Part shown: piece by piece, positions 12,920 to 27,180 of the stretch | How positions within the stretch are numbered: the first letter of the stretch is position 1 | Layout of the letters: each line of letters opens with the position of its first letter | Source: Octopus sinensis | Taxonomy: Eukaryota | Assembly: GCF_006345805.1 (NCBI RefSeq) | Contig: NC_043007.1 | Span: forward strand, 24,986,001-25,050,000 | Direction: 5' to 3' | DNA: 64,000 nucleotides | Program-made: the position numbers and the translations under genes | Notes under the pieces: model-generated | What the model was told of the DNA's origin: nothing | The model's input: the letters and a program-made list of their open reading frames with translations, nothing else | Database searches by the model: none

Positions 12920-13349
12920 CTGCAGTAGCAACAACAACAACAACAATGACAACAACATCCTCATTGCTGTCATACACATCATCAAAGACAACAAATATCC
13001 TCTTCATTCTCCTCTTCACCATCATTATTACCACATCATACAACAACAGCAACATTACCATCACCTTCATACAACACACAACAGCAATATCATCCATCAT
13101 CATAAACATCACCAGCAAGTAAAACAACAATACCACCACCACCACCATTATCCTCATCCCCACCCACTGTCACAGTCATCATCATCATGACTGTCATTAA
13201 ATATCCATTTTCCATGCAATGGATTATACAGCTTGACAGAAGCTGGCAAGGCCCGGTGCCACACCAGGTTCCATAGTCTGTTTTGGCTTGGTTTCTAATG
13301 AAGGATGCCCTTCCTAATGCCAACCACTTTACAGAACAAACTGGGTGCT

Positions 13350-13935
13350 TTTCACATGGTGCCATCACCAGTGCTTTTTACATAGCACTAGAACCAGAGC
13401 TTTTTATGTGGCACCATCACCAATGCTCTTTACATAGTGCTAGCACCAGAGCTTATGTGGCACCATCACCAATGTTTTTTACATGGCACCATCACCAATG
13501 CTCTTTACATAGCACTAGAACCAGAGCTTTTTATGTGGCACCATCACCAATACTTGTTACATGGCACCATCACCAATGCTTTTTACATAGCAGCAGCACC
13601 AGAGCTTTTTACATGGCACCAGCACTAATGCTTTTTATGTGGCACCAGCACCAATGCCTTTTATGTGGCACTAGAACCAGTACTTTTTATATGGTGTCAT
13701 CACCACTGATTTTACATAGCACCAGCACCAGTGCTTTTTATGTGGCACCAGCACCAGTACCTTTTATGTGGCACCAGCACCAGTGCTTTTGACATGGCAT
13801 CATCACCAGTGCTTTTCATATAGCACCAGTGCCTTTTAAGAGGCACCATCACCAGTGCTTTTTACATAGCCCCAGCATCAGTGCATTTGACATGGCACCA
13901 TCACCAGTGCTTTTTCTGTGGCACCAACACCAGTG
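13350..13935. repeat. Degenerate ~20/40-bp tandem array of TTTTTACATGGCACCATCACCAGTGC
   Basis: Derived from the family D GGCACGTAAAAGCACC core in reverse orientation. Confidence 0.85.
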
Positions 13936-14483
13936 ATAATAGACATATATAAGATCTATTTTGTATAGATCTTATGTATGTCTATTATCACTGGTGCTGG
14001 TGCCACATAAAAAGCACTGGTGTATACAAAATATGTAGTTTGCTCACAGTTTTTAACATCTATACAGTGGAAAGTAAACCAATGTAAATAAATATTGTTA
14101 TTCTCTTCACATACAGACAAGCAAAGGAAATAACCCTGACATGTGCAAACTAACAAGATGTAAAACCCTGCTGTCTCTCATTAATATCTTTCCTGTCAAC
14201 TTTTCCCCAAAGAAGACCTGTCCAAAATGTTGGATTTTCCACTCCCCCATAGCAAGTTTACTATATTCTTTTTATTGATTTTTACCAAATAATACAATTC
14301 TTGCCGATACAGCCAACATCAGTTTTTGCGGAGTCTGTCTGATCATGTATTTGTATTTGTTTACTTTCGACAGCATAGGTATTAAAAAACTGTAGGCTGG
14401 CTGTATTAAATTTATCTTGGATTTTCTAATACATACCGTTTGTGAATAAACTGTTTAACTATAACTAATAAATGTATCGGTAC

Positions 14484-14884
14484 AGGCGTGACTGTGTGGT
14501 AAGAAGCTTGCTTCCCAACTACATGGTTCTGGGTTCAGTCCCATTCTTGGGCAAGTGTCTTCTACTATAGCCTCGGGCTAACCAAAGCCTTGTGTGTGAA
14601 TTTGGTAAACAGAAACTGAAAGAAACCCACCATATATATATATATATGTATGTATCTGTGTGTGTTTTTATGTCTGCGTTTGTCCCCAAATCACCATTTG
14701 AAAACCAGTGATGATGTGTTTATGTCCCCATAACTTTGCAGTTCGGCAAAAGGGACCAACAGAATAAGTACTAGACTTTAAATAAATAAGTCCTGGGGTC
14801 AATTTGTTTGACTAAAACTCTTGAAGGCAGTGCTCCAGCATGGCTGCAGTTCAATGACTGAAATAAGTAAGAGAATAAAAGAAT
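14484..14884 (+). mobile_element. Major ~400-bp SINE family A (tRNA-like head, CORE-like ACCTTGGGCAAGT motif, (TAAAAGAG)n tail)
   Basis: Same consensus recurs at least ten times in the window; also + at about 16712-17110 and 48068-48442. Confidence 0.8.
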
Positions 14885-15786
14885 GCATTTATGGTGAGTA
14901 TTATCATAATCATCGTTTAACGTCCGCTTTTCATGCTAGCATGGGTTGGACAATTTTGACTGAGGGCTGGCGAACCAGATGGCTGCACCAGGCTCCAATC
15001 TTGATCTGGCCAAGTTTCTACAGCTGGATGCCCTTCCTGACACCAACCACTCCGAGAGTGTAGTGGGTGCTTTTTACATGCCACCGGCATGGGGCCAGTC
15101 AGGCGGTACTGGCAACGACCTCGCTTGAATCTTTTTACACATGCCACCGGCACAGGTGCCAGTAAGGCGACGCTGGTAATGTATATATTTATTGTTTTGT
15201 CTGGGTAAAAACAATAAACTGGAATTGATGAGTGAGACTCCAGCTTGGGAGTTCAAGAGTTTCCGTTCATCCACTTTAGCTGGGGATGGTAATACCTTTC
15301 AAGGTCCCTAGCTGTGGGTCAAATAGTAGGCAATGGTCCTGTGGCTAAGAAATACAGGATTTAGAGGAAGGCTAACTCCTAGACATGCATCACACAAGCC
15401 TACTAGTGTATGGATCTGATGTCACATAAATAAATCCCCTTGCCAAAGCATTAAATAGGCCCTGTACTTCAAGGATGGGCCTGGAAGGTCAGGTAACTAA
15501 CAAAAATAAAATAATAACTATAAATAAACTGACAAAAGGCAACAAGAAACCACTGCTGTGTCTTTGCCAAGAAAAATCACGAATCCTCAGACTTTGGTGT
15601 GGAGGTCCACAGTTGTTCATGCTTGTAGACATGACATGAAGAGAGAAAGAGAGAGATGGGGGAATAAAGATAGTAGAATGGGTAGAACATTGTCCAGGTA
15701 AGCATTGCAAAAGAATTGAATGCCCTGGATAGACTCAGAATTATTATTATTATTTATTATTATTGTTATTGTTATTATTATTATCA

Positions 15787-16674
<888 letters not shown>

Positions 16675-17328
16675 AATATGAGGGGTTTAGTTCACTGATG
16701 ATCTAAATCAATAGGTATGCTGCGTTGCTACCCAACCACATGGTTCCGAGTTCAGTCCCACTGCGTGGTACCTTGGGCAAATGTCTTCTACTATAGCTTC
16801 AGGCCAACCAAAGCCTTGTGAGTGGAACTGGTAGACGGAAACTGAAAGAAGCCTGTCGTATATATGTATATGTATATATATATATATGTGTGTGTGTGTT
16901 TGTGTGTCTGTGTTTGTCTCCAAAACATCGCTTGACAACCGATGCTGGTGTGTTTACGTCCCTGTAACTTAGTGGTTTGGCAAAAGAGACCGATAGAATA
17001 AGTACTAGGCTTACAAAGAATAAGTCCTGGGGTCAATTTGATCGACTTAAAGGCAATGCTTCAGCATGGCCACATTCAAATGACTGAAACAAGTAAAAGA
17101 GTAAAAGAATAAACTGTAGATATCCAGTTGTGGATCTGAAGGCTGTTATGGAAGAGCAGGACACCTGGTGTGGAAGATTTGCATTGATCCAGGTAAATCA
17201 CCAGACAGAATAAACTGATCGGACAGAATGCTACATGGTATTTGATTAAAGTACAAGCACAAAGCCAACAGCAAAAATGAAGCATAAATTACATGGAATG
17301 GTTCAACCCCCATAACTCATTTCTTTAC

Positions 17329-17507
17329 CATAAGTTCTCTTTCCGATGATCTGCAGCGACTTTATGGAGGAGTGTTTCAGCATGTGCTCGGGCAACCTTC
17401 ACAAGCCCAAGTTTGAGATCTTCACAATCCAACTGGATCATATCAAACTGTTTGATTCTTGGTAGTCCCAGGATGGTGTAAGCAACGTTTTGGAAATGAC
17501 CAATGTA
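17329..17507 (-). CDS. DNAH12: Dynein heavy chain exon (179 nt, phase 0 to 2)
   Basis: ttcttcaag|TACATT ... TTATG|gtaaag; YIGHFQNVAYTILGLPRIKQFDMIQLDCEDLKLGLVKVARAHAETLLHKVAADHRKENL(W). Confidence 0.92.
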
Positions 17508-20164
17508 CTTGAAGAAAAAGAAAAAAATGTAAAGAAAAGAAACAGATCAAGTTTGATAAATTAATTCTGCTTACATTAGTACATCAACATCAAAAATCAA
17601 TGGAAATTGTAGTTGTGATACCTGTGCCGGTGGCACGTAAAAAGCACCATCCGAACGTGGCTGATGCCAGCGCCACCTCGACTGGCTTCTGTGCCGGTGG
17701 CACGTAAAAAGCATCAACCGATTGTGGACTTTGCCAGCCTCACCTGGCACGTAAAAGCACCCACTACACTAACGGGGTGGTTGGCGTTAGGAAGGGCATC
17801 CAGCTGTAGAAACACTGTCAGATCAGACTGGAGCCTGGTGCAGCCTTCTGGCTTCCCAGACCCCGGTCGAACCGTGCAACCCATGCAAGCATGGAAAACG
17901 GACGTTAAACGATGAGGATGATGATGATCATCATCATCATCACAATAATGTTATGGTGACTTATGTCACAGCTTTCATGCACATTTTGATGACTTCTTGC
18001 ACATGTCTGATGATCTCTGCTGCAGATCTGATGGCCTTAGTCAAAAACTTGATGTTCTCTGTCACAGTTCACCATGGTGTACAAAATGCAAAAGTGAATG
18101 ACACAGACAAACTTACGGCTGAAAACTTAAGACCATTCATTCACATTACGTCAGCTCTGACAAATACACCACCACTGTCACTTGTTGGTGGTATGGACAT
18201 CATTGTTTAACATAACCCTCATCATCAATATTTCATCCACATCATTATCATTGTCATCATGATCATTATCAACACCATCATCAAATTCCATCTGACCCAT
18301 GCAAGCAGGGATGATGAATGTTGTTTTAAGGGTACAGATTGTGATTCTGAGGAAAATTTAGCTGCTAATTCTAGAAGCTTAAATATTCCCATAGAGGTTT
18401 CATGAATATAATTTAGTTAAAAGAAACAATACCAGTGGCAAGCTAGTAGAAACGTTTGCATGCCAGGCGAAATGCTTAGCGGTATTTCGTCTGTCGCTAC
18501 GTTCTGAGTTCAAATTCTGCCGAGGTCGACTCTGCCTTTCATCCTTTCGGGGTCAAATAAATAAGTACCAGTTACGTACTGGGGTCAATATAATTGACTT
18601 AATCCATTTGTCTGTCCTTGTTTGTCCCCTCTGTGTGTAGCCCCTTGTGGGCAGTGAAGAAATAAGAAACAATGCTTCGTTGTTTGTCTATGTCATACAC
18701 CTTTGCATTTTGCACACCATAGTGTACAATAGAAACAATACTTCATTGGTTCTATTACTCCCCCCTTTCATTTAGTCTTACTTCTATTCTCTTAAAGCTG
18801 AATAACTGTAGGGTGATTACAAACAGGATAAAATTACACTTCAGAGCTTATTCAATCCAATGTAGGGGTCCCCTAAATGGTTGCACGCTAAAATTGGCAA
18901 CTAAATCTCCCTCATATCACAATACTCTACAAATTTAAAAGATAGAGGACAACACTGAACAGCCTTCTTGATGAGTTGCAGTCATTGTTTAGCCCTAGGT
19001 AAACCATGATAGAACAGATTTATGATCAAAAGCATTTCCAGCCATTGACCAATATTTCTTTGAAGAGGTATCTATGACTACTACGTTATCTAATTCATCT
19101 TTTCCTTTCTCTATGATAGTGATGGGGGCAGGGGTGATTTGTAGGAGGTTTAGCTGCTATTTCTAGCAAAGCAAGTGACCATGTAAATTTCCATTGTTTG
19201 ATTGTGTGAATGGTGTAGTAACCATAGAGATACAAATAAAATTTATAAAAGAAAAAAACTTAAAAAGAAAGCCAAAACAAAAATAAAAGAATAAAAGATT
19301 TTGCACGCTCAATGAAGGGTGACCTGGGATTAAACAACAACAAAAGGGGGAGGGAGCGGAGGAGGAGGAGGAAGAAGAAGAAGAACAACAACAATTTCAC
19401 AACTTGGCCAGATTCTTCCCTTTCTGCCAATGAGACGGGGGGGGGGGGGGCAAGGTAGGTGGGGAGAGAGAGAGAGAACAGAGAATGAAATCTATACAGT
19501 AGAGAAGAACCAGTGCTTGGATTACTAAGCAAACAGCTTGTATGAGGATATATTGCATCAGCCTACAAGAATTGGTGGATGTTGTTGTCTGAGACTTAAT
19601 TGCCAAATATTGGCCAAAAATCAATATTATTGAGATTTACATTACTCGCAGGTGATAAAACAGTATTGATTATATTTGCTGCTTCATTTCAAGGGGGAAT
19701 TCAAAATAAACTATTTCAAATTTAAAAGTGACGTAAACAACTTAATGCTGCTACTACTTCTACTACAAGTGATAATAACCCTTTTTTTTATTTTGGCACA
19801 AGGCTAGCAATTTTGAAAGATGGGGGAAATCAATGACATCAACCCCAGTGCTCCCCTGTTACTTATTTTATTGACCCCCAAAAGGATGAGAGGCAAAGTT
19901 GATCTTGGCTGAATATGAACTCAGAACATCAAGACAGACAAAATGCTGCTAAGCATTTTACCTGGCTTGCTAACGGTTCTACCAGCTTGCTGCCTGAGTA
20001 TTAGTGATAATAAGAATCATAATATAGTAATCCCTCAACTATTGTGGGTGTTACATTCCAAAACACCCTTTGATAAATGGAAATCCATGAAGTAGAAACA
20101 GTACTTTACTGTATATTTTTTTAATTATTTTTATAATTTGTATATATTTATCTATTTCTTTTTT

Positions 20165-20460
20165 CCTGCCTTTAACCCTCCAACGCGGAGTATAGGCCAC
20201 TTATAGTTGAATTCCACGTCGCATAATTTTTCACTTCTGTACTTATACTCTGCGATGAATGTCCCCTTTCTCTAGTTCCTTTTGTGTTGATCTACGCAAC
20301 GAGTTCTTAGGCCTACCTTTCTTTCTATATCCATCCGGTTTCCACTGTAAAGCACTTTTCGCTACATTTGGTGTGTCTTTTCTAATTGTGCTACCAATCC
20401 ACTTCCACTTTTTCTTAAATATTCGCTCCCTAATTGAAACTTTATCTATAATACATTAAA
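20165..20460 (-). mobile_element. Old RTE-type LINE 3' end relic
   Basis: Minus strand reads KKKWKWIGSTIRKD..VAKSALQWKPDG*RKKGRPKNSLRR, the typical RTE C-terminal W.WIGH.LR...GRPK segment. Confidence 0.65.
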
Positions 20461-20826
20461 AGTCAGTTTGAATCTTGCTTGCTTGCAATGTTACTCAGCC
20501 AAACTGGCACATAATGGGAAAATACTATGAATTAAGTTTATCCTGAAATGTTAATACGAATAGAATGAAACAAGTTTTGTGTAAATTGGAGCAGTAGTAA
20601 TTGAGATATTTAAGGTTTGGAGTATAAATACCCAAAATGGTGCATAATGGGAAAATGTTCTGAATATAACTTCGTCCTGAAAGGGAAGAAACTCTAAACT
20701 TTCGATTAAACAGTGATTTTTGACAATGAAAAAATATGATTTGTTTTTTACAATAAATGTTTCTATCTTAATCATTCAGAAATATTTTTAAGTGAATGTG
20801 ATTTCAAAAATGCAAGTTGTTTGTAC

Positions 20827-22616
20827 AGTATGTATATTTTAGCTTTCTTTGAACAGACAGTATTTTAATGTTTCTTAATTTATTTTCAAGTGAACACCAT
20901 TACAAAAATTTCTTTTGACAAATCCAAAAACTATTTTAAAGTGAAAATGACTTTAAAAATACGGTAAATATTTTGTAAAAGACCCATTCATAACCACGGT
21001 GTGAAATAGTTCCTTTTTTTCCATATGTTTTTTTTCAAGTGCATTCAATGTATATCACCTCCAAAGATTTGGCTGCTACTTCTAGCACGCCTTGCTACCA
21101 TATAACAGCTATTTGTGATAAAGGACCCGAAAATACTTGTTACATGGTAGCAGGCATGCAAGAATAGCAGCCAAATGTTTCCTTTTCTAAGGAAGAGAGC
21201 CATTTATGAGTGATTTTTATGTCACATTTGTTGAAAGCATGTGAACTAACCTGGAAAAGAAAAAACCTACAAAACAAAACTCTGTTGCTAAGCAACTCAG
21301 TTTTCCAGTGACCTAATGGGTTATAGGTAGTCTAGTTTTATTATAAATGCAAAACAATACCACACACTCACCTCCCGAGTTTCGTTTTCCATACAGTATG
21401 TGAGATTTTTTGTTTATACATCTACGGTACACTCTCTTTACTCTTTTTACTCTTTTACTTGTTTCAGTCATTTGACTGTGGCCATGCTGGAGCACTGCCT
21501 TTAGTCAAGCAACTCGACCCCGGGGCTTATTGTTTTTGTAAGCCCAGTACTTATTCTATCGGTTTCTTTTTGCCGAACCGCTAAGTGACGGGGACGTAAA
21601 CACACCAGCATCGGTTGTCAAGCAATGCTAGGGGAACAAACACAGACACACAAACACACACACATACATATATATATATATACATATATACGACACTTCC
21701 AGTTTCCGTCTACCAAATCCACTCACAAGGCATTCGCAGAAGACACTCGCGCAAGATGCCATGCAGTGGGACTGAACCCGGAACCATGTGGTTGGTTAGC
21801 AAGCTACTTACCACACGGCCACTCCTGCACCTGCCACTCCGTATTTTCTTTTAATATCTTTTAATTAATGTTTTATGCAGTACTGTACTCTATTTTTATT
21901 TATTAATTTTTAGGTGTGAAGATGTTTATTTTACCATATAATTAATTAAAATCTAAAAAAATACAAATACCTATGGGTGAAATACTGCTAAGCAATTCAC
22001 CTGGTGTGCTAATGAGTCTTCTAACTCGTCACCTTTAATCCTTTCTACTGAAAAAGGAGTATAGTTGATTACATTAACCCACCCCACCCAGTACTCGACT
22101 GGAACTATTTTCATTGACCCTGGAGGGATGACAGGCAAAGTCAACCTCAGTAGAATTGAACTCAAAGGGTAGCAACGGATGACATGCTGGTATGTATTTC
22201 ACCTGGCACACTAACGATTCTGCCAGCTCGCTGCCTTACCTTACAAATTAGTAGAAATAATGGAGAGTAACTAGCACCATGTATGTTCCATGGTGTTGTA
22301 ACATGTATTTTCGGGTCCTTTATCACAAATAGCTGTTACATGGTAGCAAGGCGTGCTAGAAGTAGCAGCCAAATCTTTGGAGGTGATATACATTGAATGC
22401 ACTTGAAAAAAAAAAAATATGGAAAAAAAGGAACTATTTCACACTGTGGTTATGAACGGGTCTTTTACGAAATATTTACTGTATTTCTAAAGTCATTTTC
22501 ACTTTAAAATAGTTTTTGGATATGTCAAAGGAAATTTTTGTAATGGTATTCACTTGAAAATAATTTAAGGAACATTAAAATATTGACTGTTTAAAGAAAG
22601 CTCAAATATAAATACT
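20827..22616. repeat. Inverted duplication: ~318-bp arms (20827-21144, 22297-22616) with a 1.15-kb spacer
   Basis: Arms align as reverse complements with scattered substitutions; no TSD found. Confidence 0.88.
21430..21838 (-). mobile_element. SINE family A
   Basis: Full-length reverse copy with a small internal deletion. Confidence 0.8.
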
Positions 22617-23295
22617 TAGGTCACTGAAATTTTGCATAGGGGCACATTCTTACGAGATGAAGGTCATTGATTATATTTTTTTTTTTTTCCCACCAAGAAA
22701 TCTGTATCCCCAAGCACTGCAATAATCACTGGAAAAGTTATTGATTACAGAAATAATTCATTTACAGTAATTACATAAATTAGCACAGTATTTTTCAATT
22801 AAAAACATTTTTCCAGTAAATAAAATAATAAAAAAAAAACTGAGCAAAATTTCGTTTTAGATTTGTATATTTTTTTGCCCATTTTTTTCTTTGTGAAGTT
22901 TAACTTGGACCATATGCTGAATTGCCTGAATCTAACAATTCTGAAGGAATTGGCATTCCTGGACCAACCTAAAGTGTATCTTTTCATAGCAATCTATCCA
23001 AAATATGTGTTAGATTCATGCTATTGTATTAACAACTTCAACAAAGACAGGTACTGCAGCTTTCAGTTAGTACAACACACACACATTCACTTACATTGTC
23101 AAGTAGTTTACATTACGCAAACCAAGCATCCCTTTTTCTGACTTATGGACAACTAACTAATAATATAGTCACATATATATTTGCATGTATATACGTGTGT
23201 GTGTGTGTGCGTGTGCGTGTGTGTGTATATATATGTATATATATATATATATAACCCATGCTAGCATGGAAAACGGACGTTAAACGATGATGATG

Positions 23296-24093
23296 ATCGA
23301 TGTTCCTAGCTGTCCCTTTGGGCGAAAACATGAAAACATCATTGCGTCTCCCAACGCGTGAACAGCCCACGTACAGTTGACCGTGGGCGAAGCACTGTTC
23401 GCCCAACTGTAACCCAGCGACTTGTAGCGTTTGGCCTTGGGATTTATTGATGGACATTGCGAAGCAGAGTTTAACAGGAAACTGAGAACGCCTGAAGTGG
23501 ATTGGTAGGTCAGTGCCCGACAGTTGAAGGTGCATGCGTGGAATGAAGACGTCCTCTCCCTTCCCACAACGGGTAAGTATTGTGGCCGTCATTAAATGAG
23601 GTGGCAAATGTTTCACAACCAGACGTGTGCTGTTGTACTGTTTAGGTGGAACCAAATTCCTGATGAGCATAACTTCAGGATGTGTGGCGGCAGGCCTGGC
23701 GGTTCAAGTGAATTCAGGAATTCAACAGGATAATTGGCAAGCTCGGCGGGGTCTGCTGTCTTATCAATAGATTTGTAGACGTGGACATCACCAGGAATAG
23801 CTTCAGGTAGCTGGATATTGATGGAGTTGAGAGTTAAAAAGGTCGAGTTGCGTCCCCTAGACAGTCTGTGGTTTGTGTTTCTGATTCTCGACCCCATGTC
23901 GAATTTATCGATTTTTTTCAGAACTGGGGGAACTTTTCAAAATTTTTGCTGCGTTAGTTTTGAATTATGACATTGGGCTATGTGTGTGTCAAGTTTCATC
24001 AGAATCGGTTGAGAGCCATGGTCAGGGTGAGGGTACAACCTGACAGACACACAGACACACAGACAGACAAACTGCCGTTTATATAGAGAGAGA
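23296..24093 (-). mobile_element. Internally deleted Helitron: 5' terminus joined to a PIF1-type helicase C-terminal fragment
   Basis: A|TC start at 24093 followed by (TGTC)n; helicase motifs YKSID, YPVEFLNSLEPPGLPPHILKL, MLIRNL, FIPR, RRSQFPVKLCFAMSINKSQGQTL, HGQLYVGCSRV; frameshift near 23670; no 3' CTRR end seen. Confidence 0.88.
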
Positions 24094-24179
24094 TATTATA
24101 GTCCACTCTGCATTGTTGTGCCATTCAAGACATGTTATATTTCACAAACAATACATAATGCTTCAAGCAAACTACAATA

Positions 24180-24237
<58 letters not shown>

Positions 24238-24649
24238 GCATCTGGACATAGAGAATCTTCCTCAATAAATTCTGTCTGACCTATGCAAGCACAGAAAAGT
24301 AAACATTAAATGATGACAATGATATATATTATATATACACTAGGTAGCCCCATGCTGTCAAAAATGATGGCTAATTGTAGTATTTTATATATAAATAAGA
24401 TATAAAATAACGTACATAATAATCACACATACAAACGTTCACATACTTCCCTTGTACATGCACACACGTACACGCATATACTCACACGGAGTTGAAACGC
24501 TGTTTGATTTTTCTTTTCAGCGTTGAATGTTCACCATCCCAACTCCAGTTTGATATCACCCCTTCCTTCCTTATTCGTCTATCACCCCTTCCTTCCTTAG
24601 TGGGCACTGAAACTAGTTTTAATGGTATCGCAAAAGGCCTGATAGGAGG

Positions 24650-24808
24650 CCCAACCTTCCGAGTTTTTTTACAGGGCTTAGAAAAACTGAAGGACCACTA
24701 CAATAAGTGTGTGAATCTGAGCAGGGAATTTGCTAGATAAAATCATAATTAACTGATCCTCCTACATTTTCTTTTACCCAAAGCCAGGAACTTTTCAGCA
24801 TCCCCTCA
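24650..24808 (+). mobile_element. Mariner right-end relic
   Basis: FLQGLEKLKDHYNKCVNLSREFAR* (mariner C-terminus like), then a TIR-like end GCCAGGAACTTTTCAGCATCCCCTCA|TA. Confidence 0.65.
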
Positions 24809-24809
24809 T

Positions 24810-24840
<31 letters not shown>

Positions 24841-26445
24841 CACTCACACACACACACTCACACACATGCACACACAATATAGGGAATGTTATTTAAATTT
24901 TGCACTAATCCAGTCAACATGCAAGCCACCATTATTTACTTATTTCTTAAATGAACCAAAACAAATTATTTTTTTTCTCAGCTACAAGAAACAACAATAA
25001 CAACAACATTATCACTAACAACAACAACAACTACCACAGCTAAAACAACAACAACAACAATAACAACAGGAATAATATCTTTACTTCTTTAAAGCCAGCA
25101 CTTTCATGATTTCATTTCTTTGTTGTGGGAATCAAAATTTTATAACACAAAACAAAGAATATCTCATTATACGATACTAGATGTTATCACATTATGCACT
25201 TTTACTGGACCAGCCAATAGGCAAGTTACTACATGGTCACTTGACTAGCTGGCAAAGCAGTCAAATCTTCCTCTAAATCACATCATCACAGCCTTTTAAC
25301 GTCCACTTTTCCATGCTTGCATGAGTCATATGGAATTTGTTGAGGTAGATTTTTTTTTCTATGAGCAGATGCCCTTCCTGTCATCAACCCTCACCTGCTG
25401 GCAAGGAAGGTAACATTCCCCCATAGCCAGACATGTTTCCATGCAGGCCTGGAAACAAAGGACACTGTTTATATGATGGTGAAACTCATTTACAACAATC
25501 ACAATATGTCAAGATAAGGAAAAATTCACATACACACACACAAAGCAGACATTAAACGATAATGATGATGATGATACACAAAAATAATATATATACAACA
25601 TATATATATATCACCATCATCATCATTTAACATCCGTTGTCCATGTTGGCATGGGTTAGACCAGGGCTGATAAGCTGAGGGTCTGTATCAGACTTATATT
25701 TATATGTATGTATGAATGTATGTATGTATGTACATACATGCATATATGTATGTATGTACATACGTGCATACATACATACGTACATACATGAAACTCTGAG
25801 TAACAGCTTTTGTTATATTTCTGCTGCTTTTAAATAAAGTGTATATATATATATATATATATATATATCTTGATGAGCCTCTTTTAGTTTCCTATTAATA
25901 GACCCACTCACAAGCCTTTAGTCAGCCTGGGACTATACTAGAGGACATTTGCCAAAGGTGCCATGCAGTGTTACTGAATCCAGAACTCCAGCCAAAAATC
26001 TCTTACCTTGTATCAAAATACATTACAGGACCATTAAGGATTTTTAATATAATATGCTTCTTTACAGTGCATAAGCGACATCAGCTCCAGCATTTTCCAT
26101 TTTATTTAATAATTGATGTTTTTATTCAGCTGCCAATTGTAATTAGATAGCAGTGTTGTTCTTACTCTTATCAATATGCCTGAAGGAAGTACTTTGGCTG
26201 GAGTATCATTGCTTGAACTTGCCCTCCACCATTCCTATGTAATGTTTACTATTGATTGACCCATTTGAATTAGTAGAGGTAAGTATGACTTTGTATGCTA
26301 AAGACTTGGTGTTAGAAAGTAAGTTCAGTGTACATGCTTCAGTGTCTTTGTTAAGGCATCTTGTTTCTATGGTCTTCACCATTTGTATATTAAGATGGTT
26401 TTCATTTCACAAGTGCAACATTATTCACTTTCAAACATCTCTTTT

Positions 26446-26860
26446 ATACTCTTTTACTCTTTTACTTGTTTCAGTCATTTGACTGCGGCCATGCTGGAGC
26501 ACCGCCTTTAGTCGAGCAAATCGACCCCAGGACTTATTCTTTGTAAGCCTAGTACTTATTCTATCGGTCTCTTTTGCTAAACCGCTAAGTGACGGGGACG
26601 TAAACATACCAGCATCGGTCGTCAAGCAATGCTAGGGGGACAAACACAGACACACAAACATATACACACACATACATATATATATATATACATATATGCA
26701 ACGGGCTTCTTTCAGTTTCCGTCTACCAAATCCACTCACAAGGCATTGGTCGGCCCAAGGCTACAGCAGAAGACACTTGCCCAAGATGCCATGCAGTGGG
26801 ACTGAACCCAGATCCATGTGGTTGGTAAGCAAGCTACTTACCATACAGCCACTCCTGCGC
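26446..26860 (-). mobile_element. SINE family A
   Basis: Full-length reverse copy next to the Penelope relic. Confidence 0.8.
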
Positions 26861-27180
26861 CTGTTGAAATTTTTTTCAAGTAGTGGTGACAGTCATAAAA
26901 ATGCTTATCTACTAGTGCTAGGAAAATTTGGGCTATGTTGGTTTTTACATCCAATGAGTATGGGGATGTGAACAAGATAGGATAGCGGGGCCTGTTCTTA
27001 TTTGGGAAACGGTGGTTAGGCACATGCAGAGATTTGTCTTTGACACCACTATTTACAGAAGGACTACTGTAATATGAAATGGTTCTATCAAAAATCTCTT
27101 TGATAGAAGAGAGGTTTGGGATCCTTCTGCTGAGGTTGTTGACTAGATTTTTGAAATCTATGGTTGGTGACAAAACATGT
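26860..27180 (-). mobile_element. Penelope-like retroelement ORF relic (RT thumb to GIY-YIG linker)
   Basis: ORF 26838-27173 reads PILFTSPYSLDVKTNIAQIFLALVDKHFYDCHHYL then (frameshift) EKNFNR, matching the Penelope motif FNPPYS.NVKTNI...FL.L.DKHF...H.L.KIFNR. Confidence 0.75.

Noticed and set aside
13283-13792. 169-aa ORF with WHHHQC repeats
   Set aside because: Translation of the degenerate family D core array; no splice or domain evidence.
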